This document shows positions 8,693-17,005 of a stretch of DNA of 64,000 bases, one piece after another. The notes beneath the pieces are model-generated. The model saw only the letters and a program-made list of their open reading frames with translations. It had not been told where the DNA came from and searched no databases. Source of the DNA: Saprospira sp. CCB-QB6 (lineage in GTDB: Bacteria > Bacteroidota > Bacteroidia > Chitinophagales > Saprospiraceae); contig NZ_CP116808.1 in NCBI RefSeq assembly GCF_028464065.1, positions 1,199,886 through 1,263,885 on the forward strand, in the 5' to 3' direction. The translations under genes were made by a program, and so were the position numbers. Position 1 is the stretch's first letter. Every line of letters begins with the position of its first letter.

Positions 8693-9712
8693 TTAATAGT
8701 TTTGGATATGCAGGAGGACGAGGGTTTGGTTGAGTAGCATGTAGCCCACTTCGCCAAAGGTAAAGGGGCCTTCATAATCGCCTACTTTCTGGCCATCTAG
8801 CTTAAAGTTTAGGTAATTTACGATACAGTTACAGGCAGTAACGGCATTAGTAATAGGCATTTCGTTAAGAAAGGCTTCTGGGCTATAATCAACTTTTTTG
8901 GCTAGATAATACAGTTGATCGGCCGAAACGGGGGCATAAAAATAGACAGCCTCCTCCTCTATGCGTTGGATAGTGGTATTGATTAGTGCGCCAGAGTAAT
9001 CGGCGATTAGGGGAAGGCTACCATCTATGCCATTGGCTTTGCAGTAGCTAGGAAAATCTTGTTTTTCGCCATTGATCAGGGCTTCGGAGGCGGAAAAGTC
9101 AGTTTTTAGAAACTGGATTTTATCGCCTTGGCCTTCTTCGTAGGGGTTATAAATTTCGATTTCGGCATATTGGGTATCGGCCAGTTCGACATGCATTAAG
9201 ACTGCTTTATTCGTTAACTTTTGGGCTGTTGGGCCATAATAAGTTGCTGGCAAATGAGTTTCAGGAGCCTCTAGTTGTCGGCCTGTGATCCAGCCTAGAA
9301 TGGGTTGATCATAGAGTGTTTCATATTGGCCAATTTCTAGGGCATAAGCTTTATGGACTTCAGAGAAAGCGGGCAATGCGATATAGCTAAAGCCATTTTG
9401 GGGGCGGTCGGCTAGTAACTGTTCGAGTTCTTGGGCCGAATAGCTTTTAATTTGGGCAGAAACGGCTAGCTGTGTTAGTTTAGTAACAAATAGTCGATTC
9501 AGTTCTTTTTTGGCCCCTTCTTTACTCATAAAGTAGGGGGTACTCCCGCCCAGCCATTGGCCTGCGGGCAGTTGGTCGAGTAATTTTTGGCTAGCGGCGA
9601 TTAGCAGTAGTTCGCCAGCTTTAATTAGCGCTTGCGTCTCTTCTAGAGTAAGTAATTCGTTTTGAAGCTTAGCCATATCGTTAGAAATTATAGGGTTATA
9701 AAATGAACTCAC
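8693..9712 (-). CDS. Hypothetical protein, tandem paralog 1 (possibly a FIST-like sensory domain)
   Basis: 339 aa, about 80% identical to the 9787-10770 product (LLIAxxQxLLDQLPAGQWLGGxxPYFMS). It ends 6 bp from the RsbR-like gene. Confidence 0.8.
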   Translation of the reverse strand: MSSFYNPIISNDMAKLQNELLTLEETQALIKAGELLLIAASQKLLDQLPAGQWLGGSTPYFMSKEGAKKELNRLFVTKLTQLAVSAQIKSYSAQELEQLLADRPQNGFSYIALPAFSEVHKAYALEIGQYETLYDQPILGWITGRQLEAPETHLPATYYGPTAQKLTNKAVLMHVELADTQYAEIEIYNPYEEGQGDKIQFLKTDFSASEALINGEKQDFPSYCKANGIDGSLPLIADYSGALINTTIQRIEEEAVYFYAPVSADQLYYLAKKVDYSPEAFLNEMPITNAVTACNCIVNYLNFKLDGQKVGDYEGPFTFGEVGYMLLNQTLVLLHIQNY

Positions 9713-9786
9713 AAAAAAGGAGGTCTAAAATGAGTTTTACAAAACGCTAAAATTCTTCAAAATCAGGAGGTTAGTTTAAAACTCAT

Positions 9787-10770
9787 TTACTTATTCTGAA
9801 TGTGCAAGAGGACGAGGGTTTGGTTGAGTAAAATATAAGCAATTTCTCCGAAGGTAAAGGGGCCGCCGTAGTTTCCGATTTGTTCTCCTTCTAATTGAAA
9901 ATTAGAATAAATAGAAATACAGTTAAAGGCCGTAATTGCTTCTTCTTTGGGCATAGCCTTTAGAAAAGCTTGGGGGCTGTAGTGAATATCTTTGGCCCAA
10001 TGATAAACTTGGTCGCGAGATACTGGGCCATAGAAATGGACTCTATCTTCGTCAATGCGTTCAATATCAATATTAATTAGGGCACCAGAGTAATTGGCGA
10101 CAACGGGTAGTTGGCCTTTAATCTTCTTTGCTCGGCAGTAGTGGGCAAAGTTTTGTTTTTCGTTATTGATTAGGACCTCGCCGGCGGAGAAATCATCTTC
10201 TAGAAACTGGATGCTATCGCCATTGGCTTGTTCGTAGGGATTATAGATTTCGATTTCGGCATATTGGGTTTCGGGCAATTCGATATGCATGAGTACTGCC
10301 TTATTAGCGAGGCAAGTTGCTGTTGGTCCATGATAGACTGCGGGGAACTGGTCATCCTGTTCACTAGCGTCCAAATCTTTTCCAGTTATCCATCCGAGGA
10401 TAGGTGAATCGTAGAGGGTTTCGTATTGATTTATTTCTACGGCATAGGCTTTATGAACCTCAGAAAAAACGGGTAGTGCGATATAGCTAAAGCCATTTTT
10501 GGGGCGGTCGGCTAAGAGTTCTTCAAACTCTTGAGTGGAATAACTTTTAATGCTGGCAGAGGCTGCCACTTGAGTGAGGTTACTAACAAAAAGGCGGTTA
10601 AGATCTTTTTTGGCCCCTTCTCCACTCATAAAGTAGGGAATGGTTCCGCCCAACCATTGGCCTGCGGGTAATTGGTCCAATAAATCTTGGTTGCCAGCAA
10701 TTAAAAGTAAATCCCCTTGCTCAATCAGTGCAGTGGTTTCCCTTAAGGTTAGGATTTGGTTATTGGGCAT
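9787..10770 (-). CDS. Hypothetical protein, tandem paralog 2
   Basis: 327 aa, closely related to paralog 1. Confidence 0.8.
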   Translation of the reverse strand: MPNNQILTLRETTALIEQGDLLLIAGNQDLLDQLPAGQWLGGTIPYFMSGEGAKKDLNRLFVSNLTQVAASASIKSYSTQEFEELLADRPKNGFSYIALPVFSEVHKAYAVEINQYETLYDSPILGWITGKDLDASEQDDQFPAVYHGPTATCLANKAVLMHIELPETQYAEIEIYNPYEQANGDSIQFLEDDFSAGEVLINNEKQNFAHYCRAKKIKGQLPVVANYSGALINIDIERIDEDRVHFYGPVSRDQVYHWAKDIHYSPQAFLKAMPKEEAITAFNCISIYSNFQLEGEQIGNYGGPFTFGEIAYILLNQTLVLLHIQNK

Positions 10771-10808
10771 AAGCTATATGGTTAAGCAGTAAGTTATCGT
10801 ATGGCCAA

Positions 10809-11792
10809 CTATAGTTGTTTAATATCTAGGATGACCATTGTTTGGTTAAGGACCAGATAGGCAATTTCGCCAAAGGTGAAGGGGTAAGTATAGTCTTTTG
10901 TATAATTTTCGTTCTGGCTCAATTGTAAAAAATTGGCTACACAATTATAGGCAAGCAAAGTACTTTCTGTTTTTGGGGGTAATTTAGATCGGAAACTAGC
11001 TTGTCGGTCAGCTATATTTTTGGCAAAGCGGTAAGTTTGGCTTTGGAAGACAGGAGAAGCAAAGTTTACAGCTTGGGCTCCTTCTTCGGCCTGATAAATA
11101 GAGGTATTGAGTTCGGCTCCAGCAAAATCGCCGACTAATGGGTAGTCTAGGTCTATCTGATGGGTTTGGAGATAGCTTAAAAAGTTTTGTCTCTCGCCAT
11201 CAATTAAACAATATTCAGCCTGATAACCATCTTGAAGAAACTGGATATCGGGGCCTTCATTTTGTTCATAGATATTGACAATAGACAGCTCGGCATACTT
11301 CTCGGCTGGCAAATGAGCATGTAAGGCAACCAACTGATCCAAATAAACAGTTCCATCTTGACCATTGACGACTATAGGAGCAGTGGCTTCTCCCCAAGCA
11401 ACTCCTGTTACCCAGCCTAAGGTAGGCACATCAAAAAGAGAAATATTTTGGCTAATCTCTAAGGCATAAGTTGCTTGCACATCCTGAAAAGCAGGCATGA
11501 GCAGATAGCAAAACCCATTTACTGGCCGATCGGCTAACATTTGTTCTAAGTCTTCGGCTCGATAAGCTTTAATACTAAAGTTTTCTATTTCTGTTGTTAG
11601 ATCTGTCACAAAAACCTGATCTCGGAGGAGAGCACCACCTTCTTCACTCATAAAGTAAGGGATGCTTCCTCCAATCCAGTTTCCCTTAGGCAACTGTTGT
11701 AAAAGAGCGGCATCTGCAGCGACAATTAAAGTTCGGCCCTCGCTAATCCATTGGGCACAACGTTCGGGGGAAATCAGTTGGTTTTTTTTCAT
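10809..11792 (-). CDS. Hypothetical protein, tandem paralog 3 (diverged)
   Basis: 327 aa, same length and motif positions as paralogs 1 and 2 (GxWIGGSIPYFMSEEGG...FTFGEIAY). Confidence 0.8.
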   Translation of the reverse strand: MKKNQLISPERCAQWISEGRTLIVAADAALLQQLPKGNWIGGSIPYFMSEEGGALLRDQVFVTDLTTEIENFSIKAYRAEDLEQMLADRPVNGFCYLLMPAFQDVQATYALEISQNISLFDVPTLGWVTGVAWGEATAPIVVNGQDGTVYLDQLVALHAHLPAEKYAELSIVNIYEQNEGPDIQFLQDGYQAEYCLIDGERQNFLSYLQTHQIDLDYPLVGDFAGAELNTSIYQAEEGAQAVNFASPVFQSQTYRFAKNIADRQASFRSKLPPKTESTLLAYNCVANFLQLSQNENYTKDYTYPFTFGEIAYLVLNQTMVILDIKQL

Positions 11793-11807
11793 GGGGAAGA
11801 ATGGGAA

Positions 11808-12029
11808 TTAGTGTTTAAAAATGGCTTTAAGATCGGCGGCATACATCTTTTCATTTTTGGCACAATAGGCCCAAAGCTGCTGCCTAGCGTCTTTTAAGCT
11901 TAAATTTCCTTTACGGATCTGTACCTTCAGGCTATTCAGTTTTAACTGAAGCGAGAGGCTTTTTAACTTGGGCTTGATTCGCTCTTCTAAGAGGGCAGCC
12001 CATTCTTCTTCTTGAGGATCTGCTAGCAT
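11808..12029 (-). CDS. Small hypothetical protein (73 aa)
   Basis: Co-oriented ORF 15 bp upstream of the paralog array. No similarity recognised. Confidence 0.35.
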   Translation of the reverse strand: MLADPQEEEWAALLEERIKPKLKSLSLQLKLNSLKVQIRKGNLSLKDARQQLWAYCAKNEKMYAADLKAIFKH

Positions 12030-12067
12030 GTTGTTAGTGATTTAGTGGTTTCTCCCTACAATTTAAT

Positions 12068-12098
12068 AAAAAAAGGCTTCAGATGGAAGCCTTTTTTT
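12068..12098 (-). terminator. Rho-independent terminator
   Basis: Hairpin ggcttc-agatg-gaagcc between an A-run and a T-run, 3' of the MORN lipoprotein gene. Confidence 0.55.
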
Positions 12099-12102
12099 AT
12101 TC

Positions 12103-12816
12103 TTATTTTAACGGTTCGCATTGCGGCCGCATTTTTTCAATTGTGCTTTTAGCAAAATCATTAACTCCTTCTACAGGGCCCTCCTTGGCTTTCCAAAAGG
12201 TTGCACAAGTCTTTAATTGACTGTCACAAAGCATTTTAGATTCTAAACTTCCTGTACTATCTTGATCGTAAATCCAGAGCTCACAATGCTCAATATTATC
12301 CACATACAAGCCTTTTGCTTTGAGTTGACCATTTTGATAAAACTCTTCAAAAGGACCATTGGCCATATTTTCCACCATAAAGACCCGCTCTTTGAGGCGG
12401 CCATTGGGGTAATAGGTTTTTAAGCTGTCTGCTAAAGCATCTGCCTGATAGTGTCCTTCCTGTTTAAGCTTACCATCAGGAAAATAGTACTTTACGGGGC
12501 CTTCTAATTGCCCTTTTTCATTGTATTGAAAGCTAGCAGCTAGTTGTCCGTTGGGGTAATATTGTTTCTCCTCTCCGCGACTCAAGCCATCTTTGATTGT
12601 TTTTTCTAGGAACAAAATTTTTTTCCCATCCACTAAATTATACTCCTTGTAATAACCATCTTTTTTTTGCTTGAGTGTATCAAATTCGTACTCAATCCAT
12701 AAATTTTCTTGCTGCTCCGTTTTTAGCACCTTCGTGCTTTTGCTTTTTTCTACCTCTGCGGTCTGACAGGCCAACATCAATAGCAATAGCCCTCCGAATA
12801 TTAATTTTTTCATCAT
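12103..12816 (-). CDS. Lipoprotein with MORN-variant repeats (YwqK-like)
   Basis: Signal peptide with lipobox LLMLAC and repeated YYPNGQLK / YYFPDGKLK / FYQNGQLK units. Confidence 0.75.
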   Translation of the reverse strand: MMKKLIFGGLLLLMLACQTAEVEKSKSTKVLKTEQQENLWIEYEFDTLKQKKDGYYKEYNLVDGKKILFLEKTIKDGLSRGEEKQYYPNGQLAASFQYNEKGQLEGPVKYYFPDGKLKQEGHYQADALADSLKTYYPNGRLKERVFMVENMANGPFEEFYQNGQLKAKGLYVDNIEHCELWIYDQDSTGSLESKMLCDSQLKTCATFWKAKEGPVEGVNDFAKSTIEKMRPQCEPLK

Positions 12817-12839
12817 TATTATAGTGTTTAGTTTTTATT

Positions 12840-12967
12840 TTTTTTGGGCCTCCGCCTCGCTGCGCTCGTCGGCGCTACGTTGCGGGGCTCGCAGGTCTGC
12901 TCGGCCCTTCGGCGGCTTTGCCGCCTCGGTCTAGCCTGCGGCCACCCCTCCACATCGCTAGGCCAAG
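12840..12967 (+). repeat. GC-rich interspersed element, variant B
   Basis: TTTTTGGGCCTCCGC...GGGGCTCGCAGG...CACATCGCTAGGCC. Confidence 0.85.
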
Positions 12968-13172
12968 TGCTCAATCATGAATTCAGCTGCTTAGCAAGAT
13001 AAAAATTTACCTTTTGCAAATCCCTCCTCTTTATATAGAAAAGTACAATCCCTTAAAAAGTTACGTTCTTTAAAAATCGGGGGCTTTACAAAATAGTTGT
13101 ATCTTTATATAGGCCCCGTTAAATCGACTCATTCAATTCCGCAAATCCATTTCTCCCCAACCTCAAGTTACT

Positions 13173-13688
13173 ATGAAATTTCACTTACTTCTTATTGCTT
13201 TATTTGCTTTCAGTCTCTTTTCTTGTCAATCTGGACAGCCTGGACAAATTTCCATAGAGGTGGCCCAAAAAGGGCCTTTTCCCGAAAAAGAGTTTGCAAA
13301 AATTGTCGCCTATGACTATGAGAGTATGCAAGGCGATTATATACTCAATCGAAAAGGAGAATTACATCCTTCAGTAAAGGCTCAAAAAGTGCTAAGCAAA
13401 GAGCAGGCAGCACTCTTAGTAGAGACTTTGAATAGTGAGAGTACTTATGGCGGTTCGGTAACCCGTTGTTTTTATCCTCGTTTGGGTTTTGTTTTTTATA
13501 ATGGCAGTGATGAGCCAGTAGGGCAAGTGAGTGTATGTTTTCAGTGTAACCAGCAAGTAGCTGGCCCTGAGATTCCTGTACAAGAAGCGCTGCTTACGGC
13601 TGGTAAACCAGCGGGTTATAGTTCTTTAGGACGGGAAAAGCTCAGTGCGCTTTGTCAAAGTTTAGGCTTTAGTAATTGTGCTGAATAA
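13173..13688 (+). CDS. Lipoprotein, hypothetical
   Basis: MKFHLLLIALFAFSLFSC lipobox, 171 aa, followed by a strong terminator. Confidence 0.65.
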   Translation: MKFHLLLIALFAFSLFSCQSGQPGQISIEVAQKGPFPEKEFAKIVAYDYESMQGDYILNRKGELHPSVKAQKVLSKEQAALLVETLNSESTYGGSVTRCFYPRLGFVFYNGSDEPVGQVSVCFQCNQQVAGPEIPVQEALLTAGKPAGYSSLGREKLSALCQSLGFSNCAE

Positions 13689-13703
13689 GTGATTATGTTA
13701 TAT

Positions 13704-13748
13704 AAAAATGGCCGTTTTCCCAAGCTGGAAAACGGCCATTTTATTTTG
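13704..13748 (+). terminator. Rho-independent terminator
   Basis: Perfect 16-bp stem aaaatggccgttttcc/ggaaaacggccatttt followed by a T-run. Confidence 0.65.
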
Positions 13749-13754
13749 CGTACT

Positions 13755-13850
13755 ACAGGGTCGCCGAAGGCGAAAGACCTAACGGGCGCAGCCTGCACAG
13801 GGCCAATCGAGCAGCAAGCTGCGACAACCCGCCCCAAAAAAGAGGCTATC
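13755..13850 (-). repeat. GC-rich interspersed element, degenerate or truncated copy
   Basis: gtcgccgaaggcgaaagacc..gggcgcagcc..gagcagcaagctgcgac..gccccaaaaaa resembles the reverse-orientation arm. Confidence 0.6.
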
Positions 13851-13855
13851 CCATT

Positions 13856-15304
13856 TTAATTTTCGGGGGTTAGCAAACCTTCTGTATTGGTTTTAATTAG
13901 TGTAACCATGGGGTTTGTGGCCAAGTTCATGGTCCCGGTCATGAGGTACCCCTTAAGTTCTCGGCGGGTAGTTCCAGGAACTAGCTCGCGGATGGGCATA
14001 ACTGTTCCTGCTTGGTTTCCAGCCAATGCTTGGCTACTATTATTTACAGAAGCGCGTCCAAATTCTCGAATTTGACCATCCCATTCAGGGGTTAAATCTG
14101 CGCTAATTTTGGCCATCACTAATTCATCTCCGAAATTGGCTTCATCATATTCTTTAACTGCGCTAATCACAAAGCTGGGGTCATTTCCCACAACATCTGA
14201 GGGGACCAATGCGATACTACCAGAGAGGAGGTCTTCTGTGGCATTGCTAAATCCTCCATTTGTTTTGCCTAGGTAGCGCCGCTGAATTTCTCCGAGGTCT
14301 TCACCGATTTGCAAGAGCATAAGGTCGCCTTCATTAACCTCATTTCGTGTGGGGTCACGATTTTCGACATGGCCTAAGATAGTAATTCGAGCATTGAGAG
14401 AATCGTAGCAAGATCCACCGGCTACAACAAACATATCTTGTCCGCCAAAGCCTTCTTGGCTAACTTCACCTCCAGAAGAGGCGCGAAATCGGATGGTAAG
14501 AATTTCAGTAGTAAAATTGGGATTGGCAGGAGTACTGTTCTCTTCATCTAGAGATTGAGAAGTTCCGATAACGATATAGGCGCCATTAATGACTTCTACA
14601 GAGACAGCACGATCTTCACCGACAAATCCTCTTTTTACTCTCCAGAGTACCTGGCCTTCAGTACTGAGTCGTACAGTAAGCATATCGGTTTTATCATACT
14701 CTGCATATTCTATGTATTCTGCTTTTACATTTAAATCTGTAGTTTCTCCAACTAGAACAAAGCCGCCATAGGGTAATTCTTTAATATCGTAAACAAAATC
14801 TTTATAGGTTTCTGAAGAAGCAAGCGTATTGCCATCAAAGAGCACTTTTTCCCAAACTATATTTCCATCTAGGTCTAGCTTATACAAAACGATATAAGTT
14901 GCATCTAGTGTAGATTGGCCACCGACTGTAACGACAGTTGTTCTGTTTCCGGCTACGAGGTAGCCAGATTCGTCAGAGAGGACCAGAACGCGATGTCCTG
15001 TTTCTTCGTAGCCATTTCCTCCATCACCAAAAGTTTTGCTCCATTCTTCATTCCCTAAAGAATCAGTTTTGATTAGGTAAAAGTCATTATAGCTAGAAGC
15101 ATTAACGAAAGAATTGGAAGAGCCTGCAATTATAAATCCTTTATCAGCTGTTTGTTTAACATCCTTTCCAATTTGGTCATTGACGTATCCGTAATATTTG
15201 ACAAAGGCATCTCCTTGGTTGGCTGGAGAGATATTCTCCTTTTTGCAGGAGGCTAGGCCAAGCAAGAGTAGGGCTGAGGCTGCCAGTAAATAGTGTTTTA
15301 ACAT
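13856..15304 (-). CDS. Lipoprotein, hypothetical (482 aa)
   Basis: MLKHYLLAASALLLLGLASC lipobox, long ORF with coding-like composition. Confidence 0.75.
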   Translation of the reverse strand: MLKHYLLAASALLLLGLASCKKENISPANQGDAFVKYYGYVNDQIGKDVKQTADKGFIIAGSSNSFVNASSYNDFYLIKTDSLGNEEWSKTFGDGGNGYEETGHRVLVLSDESGYLVAGNRTTVVTVGGQSTLDATYIVLYKLDLDGNIVWEKVLFDGNTLASSETYKDFVYDIKELPYGGFVLVGETTDLNVKAEYIEYAEYDKTDMLTVRLSTEGQVLWRVKRGFVGEDRAVSVEVINGAYIVIGTSQSLDEENSTPANPNFTTEILTIRFRASSGGEVSQEGFGGQDMFVVAGGSCYDSLNARITILGHVENRDPTRNEVNEGDLMLLQIGEDLGEIQRRYLGKTNGGFSNATEDLLSGSIALVPSDVVGNDPSFVISAVKEYDEANFGDELVMAKISADLTPEWDGQIREFGRASVNNSSQALAGNQAGTVMPIRELVPGTTRRELKGYLMTGTMNLATNPMVTLIKTNTEGLLTPEN

Positions 15305-15325
15305 AGGTGTAAATTTTAGGTAGAT

Positions 15326-16726
15326 TTATTTCTTCTTAATCTCAGAGGCTTTGTCTTTGATTTCATCAATCACCTTTGAGCTAGCGCGGCCACGGCGCAC
15401 ATCTTCAATGATACCAGGTTGGTCTCTTTCGAGTTCACGGACAAAGCTATTGAGTTCTTGTTTTAGTTCAGAGTCTGTAGTCCGTTTAGCGTTCCGTTTT
15501 TCTTTACTAATAATCTTATTCAGGCGACGATTGATAAAGACTTCATTGTACTGTCTTTTTTTTCTGGGTTTATAGAAAGATTTTTCAAAGCCGATTGTGA
15601 GAGAATAATTATCCATGCGAAAATCATTATCTACATGTCCGTATTCATAGAGTAGTTCTGGATTGCTATAGCGATTTTCTCTATTGACGGAATTCATTAG
15701 AAAGCGGTTGTACCGGGCTTCAATAATAACAAAATCGTGGCCCACTCGAATTTTGGCTCCAGCTCCAGCCAAAAGAGAGATATTAAATGATTCCCGTAGC
15801 GACAAGCGATCATTATTGGTTTCGCCAGTTTGTACTTCACCCTTCAGGCCAGAACCAGCAATAACAAAGCTACGTTCGCCACCTACCACGGCTCCACCTC
15901 CGTCAGATTCTCGGGTAGTACTTCTTTGAATATTTACCATACTTGCTGAGAGCAAGAAATTGGGGGCGCCTCCGATATAGGCATAAGGAATTACCTTTTT
16001 ATAGCGCTTAAAATAGTGTTCGTATCGGAGCATTAGGGGAATATCAATCCAGTATTGGCGTTCATCGAACTGTAGGTTAGAGTACAGTTGCTCAAACTGA
16101 GTTGGTGTTTGGCTGCTTGGAGACAAAAACATGCTATCTATTCCTCTGTAGCTTCTAAGTGCAAAATTTCCTTCTAAGGCAAGGGTAAAATCTCGCCAGA
16201 TTGGCATTTCCACGCCAATAGCTCCTGAAACACCCAACATAAACGTATTGTAGTTTTCTGAACGGCGGTTATTATTATCTACATTATAAGTTTCTAAGAT
16301 TTGCAATCGGCTATTATTCGCTCCAATATTTGCATAGATAGAAATGAGGGGTTTATGTCTGTAGGTTCTAGACAAATAAATTAGGTCATAAGAATTATTG
16401 GGGTTTAAAGAGTCTGCCTCATAGAGAGGGTTAATTTTGAGGAGTTCTTCAAAAGATCGAGTAGCATCGTCGAGGTCATTGCGGAACAAGTAACTTTCGG
16501 TAAGTAGTTTATAGCCTTCTTCTCTTTTTGCTTTTACAGGAAAGGCTTTTTTATTTGCTAGGCAGTCGCGGATTAGGTCGCCTACCTCTTCCAGTTGGCC
16601 TTCTTCATAAGATCTTTTGGCCTCATCTAGGTTATCGTTACAGAGATCTTCATCTAGTGATTGTGCAGATAAGATTTGAGGGCTGAGGGCTAGGGCAACA
16701 GCGGCCCAAAGCAATTTTAGTTTCAT
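15326..16726 (-). CDS. Secreted protein with an N-terminal TPR-like region and a putative beta-barrel
   Basis: Start trimmed to MKLKLLWAAVALALS (signal peptide). Co-oriented with, and 22 bp from, the upstream lipoprotein gene. Confidence 0.7.
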   Translation of the reverse strand: MKLKLLWAAVALALSPQILSAQSLDEDLCNDNLDEAKRSYEEGQLEEVGDLIRDCLANKKAFPVKAKREEGYKLLTESYLFRNDLDDATRSFEELLKINPLYEADSLNPNNSYDLIYLSRTYRHKPLISIYANIGANNSRLQILETYNVDNNNRRSENYNTFMLGVSGAIGVEMPIWRDFTLALEGNFALRSYRGIDSMFLSPSSQTPTQFEQLYSNLQFDERQYWIDIPLMLRYEHYFKRYKKVIPYAYIGGAPNFLLSASMVNIQRSTTRESDGGGAVVGGERSFVIAGSGLKGEVQTGETNNDRLSLRESFNISLLAGAGAKIRVGHDFVIIEARYNRFLMNSVNRENRYSNPELLYEYGHVDNDFRMDNYSLTIGFEKSFYKPRKKRQYNEVFINRRLNKIISKEKRNAKRTTDSELKQELNSFVRELERDQPGIIEDVRRGRASSKVIDEIKDKASEIKKK

Positions 16727-16804
16727 AATAAAAAGCGAATTAGTAATTATTAAACTCGAACTCATTTTGTGAGACGGCAGGCGTCTACATTGGCTTAGGG
16801 ATAG

Positions 16805-16925
16805 GTAGCAGGGCCACCGGAGGTGGCAGACCGAAGCCCGGAGGGCTGAAGGGCCGAGCGAACAGCGAGCTGCGATATAGCCCGACCCTAGCGCCTTTAG
16901 GCGCCTAGGGGAAGCCCCTAAATAA
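16805..16925 (-). repeat. GC-rich interspersed element, variant A reverse (degenerate)
   Basis: gggccaccgg..ggcagaccgaagcccg..gggccgagcgaacagcgagc..cccgaccc. Confidence 0.7.
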
Positions 16926-17005
16926 TAACGATAGCACCTAAAAAAGGGGAAAGCTAGCCCGGCTAGCCCTCCCCTGGCACTATCTTTTAGAGGTATATGC
17001 TAATA

